From: a virus
Taxonomy: Duplodnaviria; Caudoviricetes
Direction: 5' to 3' (one strand)
IMG/VR virus record: IMGVR_UViG_3300005058_000014
Span: 1 to 37,836 of that record
DNA length: 37,836 bases
In this document: positions 8,749-17,195 of the stretch, in pieces
Layout: each line of letters opens with the position of its first letter
Numbering within the stretch: position 1 is the first letter of the stretch
Made by a program: the position numbers and the translations under genes
Notes under the pieces: model-generated
Told to the model about the DNA's origin: nothing
The model's database searches: none
What the model saw: only the letters and a program-made list of their open reading frames with translations

Positions 8749-8851
8749 TCACGGGTGGCGGAATGGTAGACGCTAAAGAAGAAAGTAAGGAGGTATTTGA
8801 AATATGATTACTGTGACTGAAATCCTACAGGTTCGAGTCCTGTCCCGTGAG
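8749..8851 (+). ncRNA. tRNA-like element with intact acceptor, D and T arms but an enlarged, non-canonical anticodon/variable region
   Basis: TCACGGG pairs with CCCGTGA. D arm TGGCGGAATGGTAGACGC is Leu-like. T arm ACAGG-TTCGAGT-CCTGT. The 53-nt middle region has no canonical anticodon stem. Confidence 0.65.
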
Positions 8852-8900
8852 CATGATCTCCATAAGGGGAATATGATTTTTAAATTCAAATTTATATGAG

Positions 8901-9206
8901 GTGGTTATGAATTCAACTTTTGATTACTTGCGTGAAAAGTATCTCTCGCAGATGGATATCAATAATGTCAAAAGTGCTGACGTGATTCGCAGGGGGAAAT
9001 ACTGGTTTGTAGATGTCGAACTGATGACAGGTGAAAAGCTCACCAGGCTAAGGTTCGATACTAAAGAGTTTGCAGATTTGTTCTTTGATTATCTCAGCTT
9101 GTATGCTCCGGAGATGGCAGGAAAAGGTAATGCCTGGACTCTTATCTCTACAGGTGTGATTGTGGCTGCTTTAGTAGTAGGTTTTTTGATTTATTTCTTC
9201 GCTTAA
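8901..9206 (+). CDS. Hypothetical protein with C-terminal transmembrane helix
   Basis: GAGGTG SD-like sequence. C-terminus WTLISTGVIVAALVVGFLIYFFA. Confidence 0.6.
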   Translation: MVMNSTFDYLREKYLSQMDINNVKSADVIRRGKYWFVDVELMTGEKLTRLRFDTKEFADLFFDYLSLYAPEMAGKGNAWTLISTGVIVAALVVGFLIYFFA

Positions 9207-9280
9207 TGACTTATTAACTTGGATAATCGCTGACATTGTTTTATGTTAGTGGTTGAAAAATCAACAATTTAGGATTATAT

Positions 9281-11929
9281 ATGATTTTCAATTTGGCTAT
9301 AAATAAGAACATCATCAACAAGGGAGACCCCAAATCTTATGGATGGGTTAATGCTCAGTTTGATGCTCATCAGTTGATGCAACATATATTATCCGGTTAT
9401 GCTTATTCTCAAGGGTTCCTTAAGCCTGAAGCGGGGACTGCCAAACCTAATATCGGTGACATCATCTATGCCGAGCTGTTGAGCGTGGATATTGATAACG
9501 AGGTGAAGGAGTATGATCCTGAGTCAAAGTCTTATAACAAGAGGTGTAAGACTCTCGAGGAGGGATATACTTCTCTCGACAGCGTGATGGAAGATCCCTG
9601 GTTTCATGAAAATGCGTTGCTGATATACACTACTCCTTCACATACGGAGGTGCAGAACAGGTTTAGGATTGTGTTTCTGTTGCCTGAAAGGATTAACGAC
9701 CCCAAAGTTTTCTCTGATGTCTCTGCTGCTTTCATTGAGAAGTTTGACTCGGACAAGTCATGCAAAAATATTGATAGGATGTTCTATGGTCATACTAATG
9801 CTGTATGTCATATCTTTGGTAAAATGATGTCTAAGGTTGAGCTGAACAGGATTAAAAATATGAGTGTCGGGATGGAGAAAGCTTCGAAAACTTACTCTAA
9901 GTTCAATGACAGGTCGGAGCAGCTTACAGAGCAGCAGGTGTCTGAGATGTTGTCATACATCCCCAAGCAGATGTGTTACGATGAATGGGGTAAGATTGTA
10001 TCTGCTGTAGGTAATTACTTCGATGAGTCAACAGCGATACGCCTTATTGAGAATTGGTCACCGGATGAAAAGCAAGGTACTGCTTACAAGGTAAGGCACA
10101 GGAGCAAAAAGCCTACTATCTCATCTGTAATTTATTATGCCGCAATGTATGGTTATGATAAGTCAAAGCTGTACTCCGGACTCTCTGTAAGCAAAAGGGG
10201 GAGGTTGGTGAATTCATCAGCATCGCAAGTTGAGTCTGATGATGATATGATTCCTGATGATGCTGATGAGATGTTTGTAGAGGATTTTGACCTTGAAAAG
10301 TTCCTGGTAAGGACCGGGTTCACTCTCAAGGATATATTCTGGAATCAGTCTCCGAAGACGAAGGACGCTAAGAACCTTGATGAGAATGAGAGTTCGACGG
10401 GTAAGAAATCCGATTACCAGCTGCAGATTAATATGTTGAAGTTCATCAATTTCCTTCAAAGGGCGGGTTATCGTAAGTTTTGGCTCGATAAGAATACTTC
10501 CATACTGGTGCAGGTGACAGATAATATCGTGGATATCATCAACGAGGAGAAGATTCTCGATTCTGTGAAGAAGGAAATCCTCAAAATGCCTTACAGGGTG
10601 ACTGAGCTTTTCTCTAAGCTGGACTTGATAGAGGTGTTGTTGCAAAAGTTGAATATATACAGCTCTACGAAGCTGCTTAAGATGATTGATGCCATTGACG
10701 ACAGGTTTATCCATGATTCGAAAGATGAGGCGTTCTTCTTCTTTGAAAATACTTGTGTGAAAGCTACTAAGGGTTCTGTAGAGAAGATCCGTTATAAAAA
10801 TCTCGATGGATATATCTGGAAGGATCAGATCAGCAATCATAAGATTAAAAATATCTACATGAATTTCAATGATGATGAGGCGGCGGTACCGGTGGGTCAG
10901 TTCGAACAGTTTATCCAGAAAGTGTGTTCTCCTAAAAAGGGTGAGTCTGTTTATAGGAAGGAACGTGAGGTGGATTTGAAAAGGTATGCTGCTCTCTGCT
11001 CTGCTATCGGGTATATGTTGCATACTTACAAAGATCCCACAGTGACAAAGGCGGTAGTGCTCTGTGAAGAGAAAATTGCCCGTGCAGATGAGTCTAACGG
11101 CAGAACAGGTAAGGGTGTTACTGCTAAGGCAATCAGCAAGTTAAGGAAGGAGATTAAGTTCAATGGTAAACAGGTGGACTTCAACGATAAGTTCTTCTAT
11201 CAGATGGTGTCTCCTGATACTCAGGTGCTCTATTTTGATGATGTAGAGAAGAATTTCAATTTCGAGAAGCTGTTCTCAGATCTGACGGAGGGTATTTCTA
11301 TTCAAAATAAAGGGCAGAAACCTATCCAGGTGCCTTATGAGAAGTCTCCAAAATTCCTTATTTCTACCAATTCTGTCCTAGCTAATGATTCTGATTCCCA
11401 TAAAGCACGTAAGTTTGAGATTGAGTATTCTGATTATTTCGATGCCAGCTATCAGCCTCCCGATGAGTTCGGGAATATGTTCTTTGAGGAGGGGTGGAGC
11501 AAGGATTCACCGGAATGGGATATGTTCTTCTCTTTCATGATTTCTTGCACTGTGCTTTATATGAATGATGGGTTGATTCCTTATGACCAGGTTAATCTCG
11601 AAGAAAGGAAGATTAAAGCTAAAATTCCTGAGCCGTTCATCGAGTTTGCTGAGGATATGATTGCAAAATTAAATGAAGGTGAAAAAGTATATCGAGAGAG
11701 TTTATACGAAAATTTTGTTAACAAAAATAAGATTTATGGACCTCATGGTAAAAGCGCAACTACTCAAACAAAAACATCTAGGTGGTTTAATGACTACCTA
11801 AAATTTAAAAGAATTGATTTCTTTGAAGGGGTTAACTCCACGAGGGACGATAGAAGAAAGTATTGGAAGTTAAATCAATATTCTGAGCAACAAAATGAAA
11901 ATAGCTTATATGGTGGTGAACAGTTTTAA
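9281..11929 (+). CDS. Phage primase-helicase (AEP-like N-terminus, PriCT-2, SF3-like P-loop ATPase)
   Basis: SVDID, YTTPSH...RFRIVF and D.SC.N..R.FYG primase motifs. YDEW..IVSA...WS (PriCT-2). SNGRTGKG Walker A, YFDDV Walker B, ISTN motif C. Confidence 0.85.
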   Translation: MIFNLAINKNIINKGDPKSYGWVNAQFDAHQLMQHILSGYAYSQGFLKPEAGTAKPNIGDIIYAELLSVDIDNEVKEYDPESKSYNKRCKTLEEGYTSLDSVMEDPWFHENALLIYTTPSHTEVQNRFRIVFLLPERINDPKVFSDVSAAFIEKFDSDKSCKNIDRMFYGHTNAVCHIFGKMMSKVELNRIKNMSVGMEKASKTYSKFNDRSEQLTEQQVSEMLSYIPKQMCYDEWGKIVSAVGNYFDESTAIRLIENWSPDEKQGTAYKVRHRSKKPTISSVIYYAAMYGYDKSKLYSGLSVSKRGRLVNSSASQVESDDDMIPDDADEMFVEDFDLEKFLVRTGFTLKDIFWNQSPKTKDAKNLDENESSTGKKSDYQLQINMLKFINFLQRAGYRKFWLDKNTSILVQVTDNIVDIINEEKILDSVKKEILKMPYRVTELFSKLDLIEVLLQKLNIYSSTKLLKMIDAIDDRFIHDSKDEAFFFFENTCVKATKGSVEKIRYKNLDGYIWKDQISNHKIKNIYMNFNDDEAAVPVGQFEQFIQKVCSPKKGESVYRKEREVDLKRYAALCSAIGYMLHTYKDPTVTKAVVLCEEKIARADESNGRTGKGVTAKAISKLRKEIKFNGKQVDFNDKFFYQMVSPDTQVLYFDDVEKNFNFEKLFSDLTEGISIQNKGQKPIQVPYEKSPKFLISTNSVLANDSDSHKARKFEIEYSDYFDASYQPPDEFGNMFFEEGWSKDSPEWDMFFSFMISCTVLYMNDGLIPYDQVNLEERKIKAKIPEPFIEFAEDMIAKLNEGEKVYRESLYENFVNKNKIYGPHGKSATTQTKTSRWFNDYLKFKRIDFFEGVNSTRDDRRKYWKLNQYSEQQNENSLYGGEQF

Positions 11930-11935
11930 AGCAAT

Positions 11936-12280
11936 GTGTACACTTTTGAATGGGGTTAAAAGTGTACACCGTAAACATTTGGTATTTCAACACTTAGCAC
12001 AAACATCCTCGCTGCGTGTACACTTTACACTCACTGAAAGTGTACACCGTAACAATTTTATTTATTTAGCATTTAGCAAGATGTGTACACTTTTATTATT
12101 AAAATATATATATATTATACGTGAGAAAAAAAATAATAAAAAGAAAAATAAATATATATATAAAAAAGCTGATTTTAAAGTGTACATCTGTACACCGCTC
12201 GTAAGTCTTTATAAATCAATCAAAGATGTGTACACTTTGCCGTTTTTTAGAAAGTGTACACATTCATTAAAAGTGTACAC
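11936..12280. repeat. Iteron cluster with AT-rich core; probable phage replication origin
   Basis: Eight perfect palindromic GTGTACAC copies (11936, 11962, 12016, 12040, 12083, 12228, 12254, 12273) plus variants at 12180 and 12188, flanking a nearly pure AT tract at ~12091-12167. Lies directly after the primase-helicase gene. Confidence 0.75.
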
Positions 12281-12306
12281 CGAAAATTTTCAACTCGGAG
12301 CATAAC

Positions 12307-12939
12307 ATGAATATTGCGAAGTTAAGAAAGGAACTAAAGAGCAAAATTGCAGAAGAGCAATTTGCACCAATCGTATGTAATAACTACGACTTACCTATGC
12401 CGGAGGAACAACAAACTTATGCAGAACTGGAAGAATTGATAGCAAAAAAACGTGAATTGGAAATTGCTCTCGAAGTGCTCGTCGAACAAAATATTTTAGA
12501 CCAAATTTCAAAAATTAAAGGTTTTTTGAACGAAATTGATGAAAAAATTGATGTTTTAGACAAAAAAAGTGTCAAAATTTTTGATAATCCTGCCATAATT
12601 TTTGAAGAAAGAGCCGGAATTCTCGAATTTGAAGCAAATCTTGACAAAAATGTTGCAGAAAAAATTGCTTTCAATGAATACAAAGAAAAAGCAAAAAAAC
12701 CTGTTGCCGATCCGGAAATTCTGAAGGAGAAAATTCTGTTCTGGCAGTCAATTTTTGATAAGAATGAATCTCTTCATGCCATTGAGCTTATCAACAGGAT
12801 GCTAAAAAGGAAAAATCTTGTTAATAATCCTGCAAATTTGACTTATCAATTAAATGAGGTTTTGGCAGCTGAATATGAGGGTATCTTGTCGAACACCAGC
12901 GGACTAAGAGTGTCAAATTATATCTATAAGGTGAATTAA
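12307..12939 (+). CDS. Hypothetical protein
   Basis: GGAG SD. Contains FEERAGILEFEANL...AE, a short motif seen in phage replication-region proteins. Confidence 0.6.
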   Translation: MNIAKLRKELKSKIAEEQFAPIVCNNYDLPMPEEQQTYAELEELIAKKRELEIALEVLVEQNILDQISKIKGFLNEIDEKIDVLDKKSVKIFDNPAIIFEERAGILEFEANLDKNVAEKIAFNEYKEKAKKPVADPEILKEKILFWQSIFDKNESLHAIELINRMLKRKNLVNNPANLTYQLNEVLAAEYEGILSNTSGLRVSNYIYKVN

Positions 12940-14177
12940 TGATTCTGAGGGATTATCAGGAAAATCTGGCTTTGCAAGGATTTCAAATCATCAGCATCCT
13001 GAAGATTGTCTATCTTGCTATTGAGATGCGTGTGGGGAAAACTCTTATTGCTCTAAAGATCGCTGAGTTTTGTAATGCTAAAAGTGTACTTTTCGTAACC
13101 AAGAAAAAAGCAATATCATCTATCGAAAGTGATTATACCAAAGCGGGTTTTGGGTATAATATCACCATTACCAATTATGAGCAGCTAGGCAAAGTGAAAG
13201 ATGGTTTTGATGTAGTTATTGTTGATGAAGCTCATGGACTAGGCAAATTCCCAAGGCCCTCTCTAAGAGCAATAGAACTAAAAAGGATAGTCTCAATTAA
13301 GAAGAGTCTTGTGATTTTATGCTCCGGCACACCATCACCTGAAACATATTCTCAGCTGTTTCATCAGTTTTGGATATCTCCCTACCATCCTTTTAAGTTC
13401 GAAAGTTTTTATAAGTTTGCTCATGAATTCGTTAATATCAAGGAGAGGATTTTTAATGGCTTAAGGGTAAGAGATTACAAAGATGCAGATAATGAGAAAA
13501 TCATGAGCGTCTTAAACAAGTATTTTATTCGTTATTCACAGAACGATGCAGGCTTTAAGCAGAATGAGGTAAGAGAAAGGATTGTCAGGATTCCCCGTAG
13601 TCCAAATATTGACAGGATGGTTCGTATTCTTCTCAAGGATAGATATTACAGATTTAATGATGGTCAGGAAATCAAGGCGGATTCTGCAGCAAAACTTCAG
13701 TCAAAAATTCATCAGGCATATTCAGGAACCATACGAACAGAGCAAAATGATTTTAAAGTGATAGACATCAGCAAGGCAAAGTATATCCTTGAGCAATATC
13801 GGGGTAAGAAAATTGCTGTCTTTTATAAGTTTATAGGTGAGGGGAATGTATTAAAGAAAACTATCCCCAACTGGACAGATGACCCTATGGTTTTCAATCA
13901 GCATCCCGATAAGGTTTTTATTTGTCAGATTCTTTCGGGGAGTATGGGAGTAAATTTAGCAACGGCTGATGTATTGATATTTTATAACATTGACTTTTCT
14001 GCAACACAATATTGGCAGGCAAGAGCCAGGATACAGACATTTGACAGAGAAAGTCCTCCGTTGGTGGATTGGCTCTTTGTGGAAGAGGGTATAGAGAGCA
14101 AGGTTTATGAAGCTGTATTAAAAAAGAAAGACTACACTTTAAGCTATTTTAGGAAGGACTATGAAGTTGAAGTATGA
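12939..14177 (+). CDS. SF2 (SNF2/DEAH-like) helicase
   Basis: LRDYQ, MRVGKT, VDEAH, SGTP, GVNL and QARARI helicase motifs. Confidence 0.9.
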   Translation: MILRDYQENLALQGFQIISILKIVYLAIEMRVGKTLIALKIAEFCNAKSVLFVTKKKAISSIESDYTKAGFGYNITITNYEQLGKVKDGFDVVIVDEAHGLGKFPRPSLRAIELKRIVSIKKSLVILCSGTPSPETYSQLFHQFWISPYHPFKFESFYKFAHEFVNIKERIFNGLRVRDYKDADNEKIMSVLNKYFIRYSQNDAGFKQNEVRERIVRIPRSPNIDRMVRILLKDRYYRFNDGQEIKADSAAKLQSKIHQAYSGTIRTEQNDFKVIDISKAKYILEQYRGKKIAVFYKFIGEGNVLKKTIPNWTDDPMVFNQHPDKVFICQILSGSMGVNLATADVLIFYNIDFSATQYWQARARIQTFDRESPPLVDWLFVEEGIESKVYEAVLKKKDYTLSYFRKDYEVEV

Positions 14178-14448
14178 ATCGGAAGTGCAGGCAAAAATCA
14201 TTGATTATCTTGAAAAAATCTCATACGTAAGGAAAGTCCATGTATCCAACAGAGGTGGAACGCTGGATATTTTTGGTTGTTACAAAGGCAGGTTTTATTC
14301 AATAGAAGTAAAAAGACCGGGTGAAACACCTACCACATTGCAGTATGTGAATATGCGAGATATCAGGAAGCATGGCGGAATAGCCTTTTCGGCAGAGTCT
14401 TTAGAAGACGTCAAAACTTACTTTGATAAAATTAGTTTTCATAAATAG
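14161..14448 (+). CDS. VRR-NUC domain nuclease (Holliday-junction-resolvase-like)
   Basis: ESEVQ..II.YL...G.LDI...GRF..IEVKRPG....LQ......GG.A. Confidence 0.85.
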   Translation: MKLKYESEVQAKIIDYLEKISYVRKVHVSNRGGTLDIFGCYKGRFYSIEVKRPGETPTTLQYVNMRDIRKHGGIAFSAESLEDVKTYFDKISFHK

Positions 14449-14472
14449 TTGATATTATATAAAGGAAGCGAC

Positions 14473-14772
14473 ATGATTCAGAGCATTAATGAAATACTTA
14501 ACCACTTGGAAATACAAGATTTATCGGGGGACACACTCATGATTGCAGAACTCGTTGGAGTAGATACAGCCAAGCTTCTGCTACAATATTTCGATGGACT
14601 AACTTTAACTATACAGAGAGTGAAATATATGGATGGGCTGATACTAAAATATTTGAAGGAAAAATACCCTGACAGGAAATTCACAAAAAGGGAAATTATA
14701 AAGATTGCAAAGGATATTAATCGATCACCAAGAGACACAAGCAGGTTAATGAAGATGAGATTTGAAGAATAG
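14473..14772 (+). CDS. Mor/C-family late transcription activator-like protein
   Basis: IAELVGVDTAKLLLQYFDGLTLTI resembles the Mor dimerisation domain, followed by a C-terminal HTH. Last gene of the early operon. Confidence 0.7.
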   Translation: MIQSINEILNHLEIQDLSGDTLMIAELVGVDTAKLLLQYFDGLTLTIQRVKYMDGLILKYLKEKYPDRKFTKREIIKIAKDINRSPRDTSRLMKMRFEE

Positions 14773-14945
14773 TTTTCACACGAGCAAAAGCCCATCCTCT
14801 CATGTATTATTACTAAATCTAAACCTGGCTTGAATTTTGCTTGTTTAATACAATTAAAAGAATTTTGTTATATAAATGTCTGAAAAGTGGCGATTTGTTA
14901 GACAGAAAAAAAGTATTAACATTGACAAAAGATAAAAGACAATAA

Positions 14946-16751
14946 ATGAAGAATTTTAAAGAGAAAGCAGACCTAATTTGGAGAGTGGCAGACCTGCTCA
15001 GAGGCGACTACAAACAGTCTGACTATGGAAAGGTAATACTTCCAATGACAGTGCTTAGACGACTGGATTGTGTACTAGAACCGACCAAGCAAAAGGTACT
15101 GGACTACTTACCAAAAGTGGATTCACTAAAAGAAAGTGCCAAAGACATTGCTCTCAATAAAATTGCAGGTTTCAACTTCCATAACAGAAGCCAATTCAAC
15201 TTTGACAAGCTGATTGCCGACTCGGATAATGTTGCCATAAATCTTAGAAACTACATCAACGGATTTTCAACCAGTGCAAGGGAAATCATTGAGTACTTCA
15301 ATTTTGACGACCAAATTGACCGCATGGATGACCCGAAAACGGACATTCTTTTCAGAGTTGTCAAAGCATTTCAAGAGATAGACCTGACCGACATGGATTC
15401 CATGGAAATGGGTTACACCTTTGAAGAACTCATTAGAAAGTTTGCGGAACAATCCAACGAAACGGCAGGAGAACACTTTACCCCAAGAGAGGTCATTCGC
15501 TTGATGGTAAATGTGCTTTTCATTGAAGATAAGGACATCCTTACCCAAGAAGGCATTGTAAAAACGCTTTATGACCCAGCTTGCGGAACGGGCGGTATGC
15601 TTTCCGTGGGTGAGCAATATGTTAAAGAACTCAACCCAAAAGCAGAACTAAAAGTATTTGGACAGGAAATTAACCCTGAATCTTACGCTATCTGTAAATC
15701 GGATATGTTGATTAAAGGGCAAAACCCCAGCAACATCAAGTTTGGTAACACCTTTACGGTGGACGGACTGGAAGAAGAGAAGTTTGATTATATGCTGTCT
15801 AATCCGCCTTTTGGTGTGGACTGGAAAAAGGCCGAAAAAATCATCAAAGCCGAAGCAGACAACAAAGGAATGAGCGGACGATTTGGAGCAGGTTTACCAA
15901 GAATCAATGACGGCTCTTTGCTTTTCCTGCAACACATGATCTCAAAAATGAAGTCAGGTGGTACGCGAATCGGCATTGTATTTAATGGTTCGCCCTTGTT
16001 TACCGGTGCTGCCGAAAGCGGAGAAAGCAATATCAGAAAATGGATAATTGAAAATGACTGGTTGGAAGCCGTGATTGCCCTACCCGACCAACTCTTTTAC
16101 AACACAGGCATCAGCACTTACATCTGGATTGTAACCAATAACAAAAGTGCGGAACGAAGCGGCAAAGTGCAATTGATAAACGCCACAGGTGCCAAAGATG
16201 AAGAACTGACCAAAGAAGGTAAACTGGATTTTAATCGCTTTTGGCAAAAAATGGACAGAAGTTTAGGCAATAAACGAAAGAAAATTGCCGAAAATGGAAA
16301 TGAAAAAGGGATTGGCTTTATTACCCAACTCTATGGCAATTTTGAAGAAAACGAGTTTTGCAAAATTCTACCCAATGAGTTCTTTGGCTATTGGAGAATT
16401 ACCGTAGAACAACCATTAAAGGAAAACGGCAAAATTGTAAAAAGTAAAGGTCAACCCAAGCCCGACACTTCTTTGCGTGATTATGAAAACATCCCGTTTT
16501 TGAAAAAAGATGCAGACGGCAATTTGGTACCCCAAACCATTGAAGAATACTTTGATGCCGAAGTAAAACCGCACCTGCCCGAAGCATGGATAGACCACAG
16601 CAAAACTAAGGTTGGGTACGAAATCAACTTTACTAAGTATTTCTATGAGTTTAAGCCATTGAGACCCTTGGCAGACATCAAAGCCGATATTCTGGCTTTG
16701 GAGGAAAAGACTTTGGAATTAGAGAAAAATGTCTTGAACTATGATTTATAA
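14946..16751 (+). CDS. hsdM: Type I restriction-modification methyltransferase subunit M
   Basis: IW..ADLLRG, GEHFTPREV, YDPACGTGGML, GQE, NPPF (m6A MTase). Confidence 0.97.
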   Translation: MKNFKEKADLIWRVADLLRGDYKQSDYGKVILPMTVLRRLDCVLEPTKQKVLDYLPKVDSLKESAKDIALNKIAGFNFHNRSQFNFDKLIADSDNVAINLRNYINGFSTSAREIIEYFNFDDQIDRMDDPKTDILFRVVKAFQEIDLTDMDSMEMGYTFEELIRKFAEQSNETAGEHFTPREVIRLMVNVLFIEDKDILTQEGIVKTLYDPACGTGGMLSVGEQYVKELNPKAELKVFGQEINPESYAICKSDMLIKGQNPSNIKFGNTFTVDGLEEEKFDYMLSNPPFGVDWKKAEKIIKAEADNKGMSGRFGAGLPRINDGSLLFLQHMISKMKSGGTRIGIVFNGSPLFTGAAESGESNIRKWIIENDWLEAVIALPDQLFYNTGISTYIWIVTNNKSAERSGKVQLINATGAKDEELTKEGKLDFNRFWQKMDRSLGNKRKKIAENGNEKGIGFITQLYGNFEENEFCKILPNEFFGYWRITVEQPLKENGKIVKSKGQPKPDTSLRDYENIPFLKKDADGNLVPQTIEEYFDAEVKPHLPEAWIDHSKTKVGYEINFTKYFYEFKPLRPLADIKADILALEEKTLELEKNVLNYDL

Positions 16752-17190
16752 GGATTTAATGATTGCTTGATTATGAAACATGAAGATTTAACACATAATA
16801 TCATCGGTTGTGCCATGGAGGTTCATAAACACTTGGGCAATGGCTTTCAGGAAGTGGTTTATCAAAGAGCTTTATCCATTGAAATGAATCTCAACAATAT
16901 CAAGCATGAGCGAGAAAAAGAAATGCCGTTACAATATAAAGGCTTTGAAATAGGAACCCGCAGGGTGGACTTTTTTGTAGAAGAAAAAATTATGGTTGAA
17001 ATAAAGGCAATTATCAATTTAGAAGATGTTCACTTAGCACAAGCCATGAATTATCTGGAGGCATATAATATGGAAATTGGTTTGCTATTAAATTTTGGAG
17101 CCAAAAGTCTCCAGTTCAAAAGAGTTCATAATAACAAACTCCTTACAAAATCAAGCCATCAAGAAAATCCGGAAAATCAAGGTTCAGACA
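16730..17190. repeat. ~43-bp imperfect inverted repeats bracketing the GxxExxY gene
   Basis: Left 16730-16772 is TGTCTTGAACTATGATTTATAAGGATTTAATGATTGCTTGATT. Reverse complement of right 17149-17190 is TGTCTGAACCTTGATTTTCCGGATTTTCTTGATGGCTTGATT. Confidence 0.7.
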
Positions 17191-17195
17191 AATGA
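16773..17195 (+). CDS. GxxExxY protein (PD-(D/E)XK-like nuclease fold)
   Basis: IIGCAMEVHKHLGNGFQEVVYQ, R.DFFVE, VEIKA, Q..NYL, GLLLNFG. Confidence 0.95.
   Translation: MKHEDLTHNIIGCAMEVHKHLGNGFQEVVYQRALSIEMNLNNIKHEREKEMPLQYKGFEIGTRRVDFFVEEKIMVEIKAIINLEDVHLAQAMNYLEAYNMEIGLLLNFGAKSLQFKRVHNNKLLTKSSHQENPENQGSDK

Noticed and set aside
8749..8851. tmRNA or canonical tRNA-Ser/Leu
   Set aside because: Far too short for tmRNA, lacks the G3:U70 Ala determinant, and has no proper 5-bp anticodon stem at the canonical position.
9225..9254. Hairpin upstream of the primase gene as an intrinsic terminator
   Set aside because: The stem has several G:U pairs and no following U-tract, so its function cannot be supported.
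10217..11023. 268-aa antisense ORF within the primase gene
   Set aside because: Shadow ORF opposite a well-supported gene, with no recognisable motifs.
11895..12305. 136-aa ORF
   Set aside because: Its repeated CTL/VH/VYT words and K/N/Y run are translations of the iterons and the AT tract, so it is likely non-coding.
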